Assembly: GCA_015680685.1 (NCBI GenBank)
Contig: MNCI01002118.1
Coordinates: forward strand, 471,042 to 535,041
Length of the DNA: 64,000 nucleotides
Source of the DNA: Gnetum montanum
Taxonomy: Eukaryota; Plantae; Gnetophyta
Direction: 5' to 3'
Below the pieces are notes generated by a model that was not told the DNA's origin, ran no database searches, and worked only from the letters and a program-made list of their open reading frames with translations. Positions 13,801 through 25,490 of this stretch are shown here, in pieces. How positions within the stretch are numbered: the first letter of the stretch is position 1; each line of letters begins with the position of its first letter. The position numbers and the translations under genes were made by a program.

Positions 13801-15630
13801 ATTACAAAGAAAGATTCACCTTTCATTTAGACCAAGGAATGTAAACATGCATTCCAACACTTAAAGGAGAAACTCGTAGAAACACCAATCCTACGAGCAC
13901 CAGATTGGTTTAAACCATTTCATATCATGACAGATACATCTAACTATGCTTTGGGAGCAGTGCTCACATAGATGGATGATAAAAAACATCTATATTATAT
14001 CCACTGCATGAGTCGAAGCATTGTGAGGACATAGTTAAATTACACCACCACAGAGAAAGAATTAATAGTAGTGGTGTACGCACTAGAAAATTTTAGGCAC
14101 TATATGTTGGGTTACAAAGTATTTGTGCATATGGACCATAATGCAATTCACTTCCTCATGAACAAGTCAATGTTGAGCCTTCATGTCATACAGTGGCTTG
14201 TGATCTTACAAGAATTCTATCTCACTATGGTAGATCGAAAAGGGACTGAGAAGGTGGTTGCTGACCACCTTTCTCACCTAAGATGGGATAACAAAGAGGA
14301 GGAGAGCCCTCTCTCTTATCAGTTTTCAAATGAACTCCTCTTTACTGGAGTAATAAATGAACAAACGCCTGAAAAAGTAATATGGTATAATGGCATCCTC
14401 ACATATCTTCTCACTGAAGAGATGCCCCAAGACTTGGATTTTAGGAAGAAGCAATAATTTCTTCATCAAGCTAGATACTTCATGGAAATCAACAAACATC
14501 TTTACAAGGTATGTGCCAATGGCCTAATTTGTTGGTGTGTCCCTGATAAAGATCAACTACGCATTCTCCAGGATGCTCACTAAGGGCCTTGCAGAGGCCA
14601 CTATGCAGGGAGATGCATGGCCTTAAAAATCCTAATGGTAGGATACTATTGGCCTACAATCTTTAGGAATGCCCATTAGTTTATCAAGTCTTGTGAACAT
14701 TGTCAACATGATGGGGAAATGACCACTCACATGGAAGGTCCTCAACAATGGATTTAATGACTGGAGCCTTTCAACATATGGGGCATTGACTTTGTGGGTC
14801 CCAACATATCCATGTCTAACAAGAAGGTGTATATTATAGTAGCAGTTGACTAGTGCACAAAATGGGTAGATGTAGTAGTCGTTATTGATTGTACATCATC
14901 CACTACTGCCAAATTTATATAACAAAATATCGTGAATAGGTTTGGGGTTCCATGTTCACTAATTTTTGATAATGGAACTCATTTCACAGGTGCCACATTT
15001 AGAAAATTAATGCAACTTTTGGGGGTAGAACATAAATTAACAACACCTTACCACCCCCAAGCCAATGGTCAAGTAGAGGTAACCAACTAGGAGATTACAG
15101 AAATACTAACATGGACCATTAGCAAATATAGAAAGGATTGGAGTACAAAACTTAACGATGCTCCTTGGCCTTATCGTTCAACTTGGAAACTTCCTATTAA
15201 ATATTCTTCCTATGAGTTAGTGTACAGGAAACTTCCAACACTCCCAATTCAATCTGAGCTTCGTACACTCTCGACAGCTTGTGATTTAAACCTTGACCTA
15301 AGTCTAGCATAGAAGAAAAGGTTAATCAATATGAATGTGTTAGATGAAAATCGATTAGTGGTTCTATCCTTGGATGAGGAGAACAAGGTATTCAGCAAGC
15401 AACGTCATGACCTTAAAATCAGAAAAGTAAAACTTCAACCAGGAGATAAGGTTCTTTACTAGAACCCCACACATGTACCCCAAAAGACAAAATCCCAAAC
15501 ATTGTGAGAGGGATCTTATGTCATTTATCAAACCATTCCAACTAAGGCCATGATAATTTACAAACATGATAGCCTAAATAAAAAGTAGTTAGTCAATATC
15601 CAACAAGTGAAGCCTTTCCTCAAACCAAGA
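10900..15630 (+). pseudogene. gag-pol pseudogene of the Athila-like element
   Basis: gag KLKLFPRTLITEAKSWY (~11030); protease KALLDSSSRVNLI (~12645); RT YSFLDGYSGYNQIQI...KTTFMSPWGTFAY and VFMDDF (13280-13500); RNase H TDTSNYALGAVL, NYTTTEKELIVVVYALENFRHY; integrase GHY, WGIDFVGP, FDNGTHF, TPYHPQANGQVE. Many stops and frameshifts. Confidence 0.92.
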
Positions 15631-16485
15631 TAGGATCCACTTACATAGCTTTTGGCTTAGGTTCCTTACCTTTGACATCATTACAATCCTATCTTTCACA
15701 TTTTCCATTACGTAAACTGTTCAATACCCCTTAATCTTTCATTGCATTCATCCATTAAATCAAATTTTCTCCATTTTTTCAAATTTATGAACTTCAACAT
15801 CCTCTTCTCATGATTTCATACTATTCTTGGTCTTCTAAGCTTTGATTTGACACCAATGTCATCAAAAAATTCCTTGTATTTGGAAAGTTTGACCAAAGTC
15901 AATGGAAGTCAATGATGATCAATAGTTGCATCGACAAGGCCTTGTTGATGAAGCCAATTGTGTTGATGAGGCCCCATCGATGAGGCCTCGTCAACGTAGT
16001 GCAAAAATACTATATATACCATCGCATAGTTAGGAATTTTTTGCAATTTGCTCATAACACATGAGGAATTTTTGCAATTCTTGAGAGCCCAAAACATTCC
16101 ATAGCCCATAACTTTCAAAGTGTGTGTTCAAATCACTCAGTTTTTTGATCCTGCACTTACCAAAGGTAAAATATTTATCATGGGGGCCACAAACCTTAAG
16201 GTTTCGAATGAAAAATTGATAAATTTTTTTGGAAATTTTCCTACCTCCCCTAAAGGGTTATTAACCTTAATCAGATATAAACATCAACTTTTTCCCAAGA
16301 TCACCCTTCCAACAACCTCTGGGATGAATTTTTCATAATAATACATAACATAAATGATAATTGGATTAATTAAATCAGCCATAATTACAACTTAGCCAAG
16401 TGTAACCATCCTCAAGAGTTTAGGTATCCCAATTGTTTTCAGATTACACAATGATTGCTAATCCATGGTCTTATTGTGATTACAG

Positions 16486-19310
16486 ATGGCACCCAAACAA
16501 AAGTGTCCACAAGAAGGAGAACCCTCACAACCATGGAAAAAGCAACATAGAGCTGGAAGGGACCAACAAGAACAAGGCTAAAAACTACCAAAGGTGACCC
16601 ATGCAATGGGACCTCTTCGAGATGAGCCTGAAGTGAAATCTATTTGACAGATTCCAAAGGAAGAAGTGCCTAGACTTATGCCAAGGCTTAAGGTCACTCT
16701 AACTCAAGCCTTCTTAGACATCATCGAGTCCCAAGAAATCCAAAGATTAGTTCTTCAAGAGGTAAAATTTGAGCCATTTTTGGAGAAAGCTCCAAAGGAT
16801 GTCAAGAAATAATTATAAGCCTCTTCCATGTGGCTAGTCATCACGTCTAGTGAGGAATGGTACATGGAAGAGACCTATCTCTTCTGGAGTAGCCAAAGGC
16901 CAGGGTCCGTTATAAAAATCAAGGACATTCAAGTGTTCTACTTAGTGGAAGCTATTGCACATGCACTAGGTTTGCCAGACATTGGAACATAGTTGGCAAT
17001 GATATCAACAAAAGGCAATCCTAAGGCAAAAGGGGAATGGACCTAGTGATGCTACGGGCTAGACCATAAGGAGTATGGTGTACTCACACTGCTGGAGCAT
17101 ATTTATTTCAAAATTGCGGCCTATCACCTTAATCCAACAGTGAGGCCAAGCAAGGTAACTACTTTCTCCACCCGAGCATGTGCTACTCTAAGCAAGAAAT
17201 TTCCCATTAACCTTCTATAGCTTATCTATTTGGAGATCAAGAAGTGCTTCAAGGAGAATGAATGTGGAAGAAATACCTTGCCCTTTTTGTGTCTCATTAG
17301 GAAACTTTGCAAAAGGATAAGCATTGTTCACTATTCTAATGATACTCTTAGGCATGCTCCCTTGGCCTCATGGGCAGAAATCATGAAAGATAAGATGCCA
17401 ATGTCCACTCAAGAAGAGGAGCTGCTACCACCACTAGCCACTCAAGAAACAACACTGGAGGCTTACGCAACCCTTGAACATCTACGAAAAATCTAAGAAC
17501 AACTCTTGACTGAACAAGAGCAACAAGCAAGAATGAGTGGGGCAAATCCATCTGTGTATCAGCCAGTGATAAGTCACCTTAATGAGGTGGCTTGAACAAT
17601 TAGCCAAATGAAGAGGGGTGGTTCCATTTTCTCCTCCTAAAGAACATAGCTACCTTCAAGGTCAGATCCCAATGCTCAAGAGGTGACAATGTCACTAGTA
17701 ACATGGCCATCTATTCTCAGAAATCTCTGGGAATGCTGCCACTTTCTCAATGTGGTTGGAGGAAGGTGAAGAAGTAACTATCTTGGTGATGCAACACTAA
17801 GGGCAGGAGACAATGGTAAAAGTGGTAGCTAACCATGTAGCTAAAGTAATGAATGCATCCACGACATCTATATCAAATGTATCTGCACTCTAAGATGTGC
17901 AAATGTCCGCAAGCATGGTCAATGGAAAATTGAATGTAGCCCAACACGAACAATTGCTGAAACGATTGGCAGGAATCGAACAACCAACTCCAAAGATCTT
18001 TGATCTCCCGGAGAACATCACCGTAACCCAATTGGAACTGCTAAATGCAAGGGGTAGATGCATCATTTTGAAAGGGCAACTAGAAACATCCCAAGAGTAA
18101 AATCAATGCTTGACCACGAAGGTTGTTGAACTTCATGCCCAACTTGCAGAATAAGCAATCCTCAGCTCGGCAATGACAAGAGATGAAGCTATTAAATAGC
18201 TTTAAGAATGATTTCAAAAGGCTAAGGAGGAAGTAATAATGGCCATCTTCAAATAGTCCGTAATAGAAGCTAAAATGTATTCTATCAAAAAGGACTTGAA
18301 TCAGATGCACCAGGAGAATGAAGCATTGATCATGAAAAATCATTGCCTATGAAATGTTGATACTCAGAGAGATCAAATGCAAGAATTCATTCATCAATAG
18401 TAAGAGCAGCTTGCTAGGGTTAATACTAAATTGAAGAAATTAACCATGGAGAACTGTAATCTGTCAATGAAGGAGGTATGCACCTTGCGTCAAAAGCCTA
18501 CCATCGAGATCACTGCCTAGAAGAATGAAGCTCTCAAATTTGAGAAAGTAAAAAATCACTACAAGGACTAGGTTGGTTTGCAAAAAGAAGTGAATGAAAA
18601 AAAATCTAAATGGCAAAGGAAAAAATAAATGAAGCACTCCAGCAACTCCAGCAAGGAAGAGAGATGTGGCCGTCCATCCTTGATGAGATTGATGCCTACA
18701 ATAGAGTGGAGATTTTCTTGAAGGAGTTACAAATCAAGGAGATGAAAGGGTACATAGAGTTCGCCAATCTTCGTTATACAAACTTGGAAATGCTAACAAC
18801 TGGATGATCATGGTCAAAATTGGAGAAATAGATGGCTAGCTCGTATCTACTATACAAGGCTAAGTTCAAGCACCACAAAGACACCAAGCAGAAGCTTAAG
18901 ACTGCTAACATTGAACTAGAAGTTATTAGAGGGAAATTTAGAGATCAACGAACTATCACAAAGAACCTAGCTAGATAGATAAATGACTATCAAGAGCTAA
19001 AGGACATAGTCAGGGTGTTCGACATTGAATGTAAACAATTGCCTGGTTTGTCAATGTCAAGGAGTTGTTTCCAGCGATCTTGTGTCCTTGGGATGTGCCT
19101 GTTCCAACCCACATTGGCAAGGCTACGTGGATGGTGCATGATCCTAGGAGTAAGAAGAAAAAAATGAAAGCACTACTGGATGCTTTCCACCTCCCACCTA
19201 AAGTTGTAGCAGCAACAAGACAACTATAGCCACCTCAACCACCACTAGTGCATGAAGCCAATAAAGGTCACTCAGAGCCTCAGGAACCACCACTACCTAG
19301 GACCGTTTAA
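16486..19310 (+). pseudogene. 3' extra ('env-like'; Transposase_32/ATHILA-ORF1-like) ORF with C-terminal coiled coil
   Basis: Starts MAPKQK. Contains VEAIAHALGLPDIG and INLL*LIYLEIKKC...TLPFLCLIRKLC, then a long E/K/Q-rich heptad region. Located between integrase and the PPT. Confidence 0.65.
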
Positions 19311-19560
19311 TCTTCTCTAACAAGCTTCACACCATCAAGGAACATGTTGTCGATTTTTTAAAAGAGTTGTATCATGATGTTGAATTTTGTGTCCTAAACA
19401 CCACCATTTTTTTAATGTGTTGATCCGTAGACCCAAGCACTTCATTTTTTTTATCAACTCAGTTAGTTTATTTTGTTAAAGAAAAGTCAATCAATAATCC
19501 CATACCTTCCCAATTTTGTAAAAGAACTCAAGGACACGTTTTCATTCAATCGTGGGGATA

Positions 19561-20457
19561 TGATGAGTCGTTGCTAGTTCACTGCGTTGACAAAGCCTGT
19601 TGATGCATCTTATCCTACATCGACGAGGCCCCATCAACACAGTGTCTATCTATCACCTATAAATATGCACCTACTAGCTACATTTATGGCAATCTAAATT
19701 TTAGTAGTAGCAAAGCTCTTACATTTTTTTCCATTCGAAAGTTAGAATTTTTTCCCCCAAGTGCCTGCAGCAGGAGTCATTGAGTGTACAGATCTTTATT
19801 CGAGCATTGTTGTACCTGAGCACAATAATGTGTGTGGCAATAAAGATAAGATTTCTAATAAACCTTGCAGCACTTTGGATAGATTAGCTATTTTATTTAT
19901 GCATTTACTGTTTCCAATTATTTATTAAATGTTTTCAATTAACTATCAATTATTTTCTAGTTACTATGTTAGATAAGTAATCAAGCCAAATAGACTACAC
20001 ACATAAGTACAACCACTTTGAGCATAACACGTATTTGCTTGGTAATCCCCAGCATTATTGCTTGGTATGTCCAATAGTGTAGTGCATGGTCACCTAGTAG
20101 CGAATACATGGGTTCATGACATGTATAGAAAGTGGGATCAAATGCTTATGTTATGACTAATTAAATACTAGTTAATTAGTAAATTTAGATTAGTTAAGCA
20201 AATTCCTTTTTATCTATAATTCAAGCACCCAACTATAAAACATAAAAATGATAAAAATCGAATGCCTCAGTTACACTTAACCATACCAACGAACGTCACA
20301 AGTGTAATTGGGAAGACAACAATTGACCTTAAGGCTAGATTCACTTCTTAAAGGGCTAGTGCACCAAAAATGATAAAGTCCATAGAATTCGACCAGATTG
20401 TGCGTGAATGTTTTGTGATTCATATGGTTGGGTGCAGGGGTACCTCGCCGCTCATCA
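19561..20457 (+). repeat. 3' LTR of the Athila-like element
   Basis: Follows PPT cgtggggata; TGATGAG...CTCATCA; matches the 5' LTR. Confidence 0.92.
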
Positions 20458-20616
20458 GAGATCAATACCATATTAATATTTATTATTGCATGCCTTGTCA
20501 TGAAATTGATGGGAATCAATGTAATTATTTCTCTATCACTAAAAGTCACTAAAGCACTAAGAAAATAAAAAAGCCTTGGAAAATTTCAAAGCATATCACT
20601 ATAGGTCAATATAAGT

Positions 20617-21640
20617 TGATGAGTCATGAATTTGCTGGCTGTGATATCACTACCTTGATATCACAGCCGTGATATCGCAGGGGTTGTGATATCACTGCCG
20701 TGATATCCCATGGGCCGCGATATCGTGGCCGTGATATCACATCAACCACGATATCATGTACGCAATATCACAGTCATGATATCACATCAGCTGCAATATC
20801 GTGGCCATGATATCACATCAGCCACAATATAACGTATGTGATATCACAGCCGTGATATCACATCAGCCACGATATCGCGTACATGATATCATAATCCGTC
20901 ACCAGTTCTATAAATAAGAGGCGGCTCTCCCTTGTTTTGCATCTAGTTTTAGTCCCTTAGCGAAGCTCTAGCAGTTTTCCCCTTCTAGAGATAGAATATT
21001 TTCCAGTGTCTGCCCGCAGTGTGGTGATTGTAATTGTACAGCATCCTTATTCGAGTGTGACGTACTTGGACATGCACATGACCGAAAATAAAGATTGAGA
21101 TTACTTCATCATTGCAGCATTCACTTTGTTTATTTATTTATTTATTTATTATTTACTGCTTTTCTAATTAGTCTCTCTCACCCTTAAACTCACGTTAGAA
21201 CCCGAAATGAGTACAACTTGATTACGAGCATTTAAGTGTGACTACTTGGTAACCCAGTAGTGTACCTAGGATCTGCGCTTGGTAATCCTAGTGGTAGTCG
21301 TGCATGAAGTCCAAGATGTGTACGGATAATCAAGGAATGGATGCTCATCACACTTAGGCTAGTTTAGATTCTCTCTTACCCTTTCTCTCTTAGCTTAGAT
21401 AATATCACTTTCCATTGTCTTCAGGAGTAGCATTAGATTAGAAAACCAATCATACACCTCACTTTGGATGAAACCATACGTGACAAATATAATACTAGTC
21501 TAGGTGGAAAGACAGTGAACTGCGACCTGAGGTTAATTGTCTAGGTGCCACAACTAGTCCGTCTACGGAGTTCAACTGGATCGCACATGAAAACGCTCGT
21601 ATTCGTATGGTTGAGTGTAGGGGTACCTCGCCACTCATCA
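20617..21640 (+). repeat. Solo LTR (Athila-like family)
   Basis: TGATGAG...CTCATCA with perfect 5-bp TSD TAAGT (20612-20616 and 21641-21645) and no internal region; GATATC repeat array; TATA at ~20908. Confidence 0.93.
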
Positions 21641-24600
21641 TAAGTGATGCAGATTGATTAGCATAGAATCTAGGTTTTTTTTAATGATTAATCGAGATGT
21701 ATTTCAATTTTTTTTGCTTTAAATTTGATATCAATTTGTAGACCAAAAGCTAGAGAATACATATCTAATGGAAATTAAATGAAGCTTTGCAGATATGAGA
21801 CAAAATGAATGAAATCTTAGAGTAAATTGTTCTTCAACATATGAAATGAAAATGTACTTCTTAAGATGCCATCAATAACTTATAGATCTAATCAAATATG
21901 CTTTAGTATCAATGATAAACTAATAAATGATTGAGAATTGTAAAGATCTTTGAATACACAATGAAAATAAAAAAAATGATGATCAAAGCATTCAAATATA
22001 TTATCAAATGAAAGCAATCTACTTCTTACTTCTTGAAAGATATGTGTTATTGACCCTCGATGATCTTTAAGCATTTTTGTAAGATGTGAAAGCTATGAGA
22101 TTGAGGATATTTTGAAAGATTAAGTATTGTAATTATGAGATTAATGTGAGAGGATTTGTAAGAGAGTTGAAAGATATTTTAAGAAATCTTGGCTTTAAAA
22201 TGAAATGAAAGGAGCTTGACAATGGAAGATGCTTGTGAACTTGCTTGAAACCTTTAGTAATCGAAAATAGATGAAATCATATGGATTGATAAAGAAGTAA
22301 GAGAGGAGAAAGAACAAAATCAAATTACTCATGGTTGCTCACTCTTCATTACTCCAACTTATTTATTACATGTAGGCTTATGAGCTCTATTTATAGTTTG
22401 AGGAAGAGGCTTGAACCCTTCTTCACGTGAATCTTATCCCCTTCTTTATATGATTGGTTACCATGACTTCGCTTTTTTAAGGTTTACAATGGAGAATAAC
22501 TATGACTTCTAACTATTTAGACATAAAACATGAGAAAAGAAAACAATGACAAAGTTTGGTAGTGAGCAAAAACTTAAAAGCAATAACAATTAAGATGTTG
22601 ATGATGACAATGATGTCAAACATAAGTAACAAATCAAACCACACAATTAGCATTAGCATAAATTAAAACATATCATTAATGTCACCAAACTTTCTAAGAC
22701 CTAATTAAAATCTTTATTTATGTGACTATTGTGCCCATGGTTATGTTTTCAAGACATTCTAGAAGCCTTTTATATTAGGTCAATGCTTCCTTGCACTCAT
22801 CTAATGCCTGAAATGATAGAAATGTTGGATGTTTTACAAAAACCATTAGCATGCAATGGAATAGAAAATTCAGTAGTTACATTAACAAAGATTAGATCAA
22901 GTACAAACAAGAAAAATGACATTGGAACAATTATTTTAAAAATATCAAAAAAGAAAGAGTTAAAATCAAACATCATTTGAAGGCATGCTCTTGGAAACTT
23001 AGGTGTCAAATGCAAACTTCTTACCAAAACAAATCCATGGCTAAGAAAGACTCCTACTCTCTTAATAATAATATTTAACTCAAGCTCCTCTCCTTTTCCC
23101 AAATACTAACTCTCTCAATGATTTAGGCTTTACGAGTGATGATTTGATATTCTTAGGATTATCTTAGATCATCAAAGATGAAACACAAACCCACACCCAA
23201 CTTACATTATACTCATAGTAAACTAGTCATCCATGATACACTTAACTTAAATCCTATCCTTTTAGATGAATTTGCATCAATTTAATATAACCTTTTCATT
23301 CTATTTATTAACAATCAACCAATGCCACACTAGATGATTCTTTCCTACCTACCAACCCTTAAAAAATAATAATAATAATTTAAAAAATTCAAAGTACATT
23401 AGATAAATAACAAAAAAAGAGTCTAAAGAAAAATCCCAATAGTTTTAGAAATGCCTTTTCATGTTTTCATCCTCATAAATAATCTTCAAAAATATTATCT
23501 TTAGAATAAGAAAAGAATTAGGTCTTTCATTTGTTCAAAAGTGCCCTCATAAGTTTTCACTTCTTAGTAAAAGATTTCTTGTAAAGAAAAGTTGAATACC
23601 CTCTGTAAAGACAAAAGAAAGCATTAGTCAAAAATAATAGACAAATAGCCATCAAAGTTGATAGCTTCATCATCCCATATCAACCTTGGCAGTAACCAAG
23701 ATCACAAAATCCAAGCAAATTTCTAGGGTTTCCTTGTTTCCATGGGGCATTATTTGCATTAAACTTATTGCTAAATTAAGAAGATTGAAGTTGGTTAACC
23801 TAGTTGCAAATGAAATATATAAACTTTTAATAGAGAAATCTCAAAATCTATCATGGTAAGCCTTGGTTAGTTAATGTTGCATTTATATTATAGCTTATAT
23901 TTTAAAATTTTTATTTGGATGTTGTCCAAATCACCACTGCTAGCCCCCAACTAGAACTACCCATTAAAAAACATACATGAAGGAAATACTTATACATAAG
24001 AAGAATTTGTAGAAATAAAAGAAATGTGAAACTTATGTTTCATCAATGAAGATTTAAAACCTTCTAGATTCAAAGAAAAAATTATCTTAGACTTAAAACA
24101 CCTTAAATAAAAATGAAAGATAAAAATCTCTCTTCTAAGAAACTTAAAGGGAAAATGAAAAATAAAAATGTTAAAGAGCTCATAAAAACTTTAAAATTGG
24201 AAGATAAAAAAGGAAAAATGAAATATAAAAACCTCTTCATGCAAGGAACATGGAAGAGATAAACCTCTTTGCTAAAAACTAATTAAACTAAAATTTTTGT
24301 TAAATTGGAATTAAACCTCAAACTTATTATTACTATAGAACATATTAAATCTTATTACTAAGCCAATAAACCTTGGTTAAGAATTTGTTTCATAGCTATA
24401 TTTAATAAATATGAAAGGATCTTGTTTCCTACAAGGCTTTCATTTATTTGTGTTTTTTTAACAAGCAATGCTAATGGACAATGGGTAATGCTGGTTTGGG
24501 GTAGCATCCTTTGGGCAACATGTAGATGAAATATTTAGAAACAAGATAAAATGTAGACATAACCAGTCAATTCAAGCATGAATTACTTGCTTTGTAACTT

Positions 24601-25234
24601 GATAAAATATCCATAGAATCTTATAGAGAATCATGAATTCAATTTTTATCCAAAACTTAGTGGATCTAAACTCCAACACACCAATTTGACCCAACTAATT
24701 TCCACATCATTCACTTGTAAAAACAAGGTTTTCATGACATCCAAGTGAAATTCAATATCATGAGTTCATGACATCCAAGTGTAACAGAAGACATTTCAAA
24801 TTTAATATCATGAGTTCAAAGTACAACTTAGCCAATACTAAAAACTTAAACTCACCATCAAAATATACCTTATAACAGGTTACTTTTTTTATAATACAAC
24901 CAAATCTGTTAAATCATATTGGTCATTCATATCATTTTCTTTAATAGTTTACTATTTGTACAAAGGTATCATTTGTAATAATGTAACTCATTTATACCAT
25001 TTTATTTAGCAATCTATTCATTGCATAAAGGTATCATTTATACTATTGATTTTGCTAAAGTTTACTCTCTAGCCATGAACTTCCTTACATGGGAAGGAAC
25101 TAAGATAAAATAGAGACTTTTGCCCTCAAATTTACTTTTGTTATGAGCAAATTCTTTGTAAATGACATTTTTTTAGATAAGTTCTTTATAAATTGCTTGT
25201 GATGACTCTAATGAATAGCCTAGTAAAACAATGA

Positions 25235-25490
25235 TGTGTTAGCATAGTAGTAAGACTCTTAATTTGGGAACTTTATGTTATGGGTTTAATTCTAGTGGGT
25301 AATGCTAAGTTATAAAGTTCTATGTAGAGTATATATCTTAGGGTATCCTAATGCTTCAATTATTTTGGGTTCCAACAAGTCCCCTTAATGAATAACCAAG
25401 TGGTAAGACTCTTGATTTGGTAATGCCAAGTTATGGGTTTGATTCTAATGGGTAATATTGAGTAATAAAGTTCTAATTTGACTATATGTC
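25235..25490 (+). repeat. Two degenerate tRNA-like (SINE-like) units
   Basis: tagcatagtagtaagactct...gggtttaattcta and taaccaagtggtaagactct...gggtttgattcta resemble decayed A and B boxes. Confidence 0.4.

Larger units (their letters stand above)
8968..20457 (+). mobile_element. Full-length decayed Ty3/Gypsy Athila-like LTR retrotransposon (~11.5 kb)
   Basis: Paired LTRs 8968-9879 and 19561-20457 (TGATGAG...CTCATCA); flanks gagag/gagat (TSD with 1 mismatch); PBS at 9881; PPT at ~19551; gag-PR-RT-RH-INT order; 3' extra ORF. Confidence 0.92.

Noticed and set aside
20640-20890. Short repeat arrays as CRISPR (also 31570-31765)
   Set aside because: Eukaryotic context; no unique spacers or cas genes; the first array lies within an LTR.
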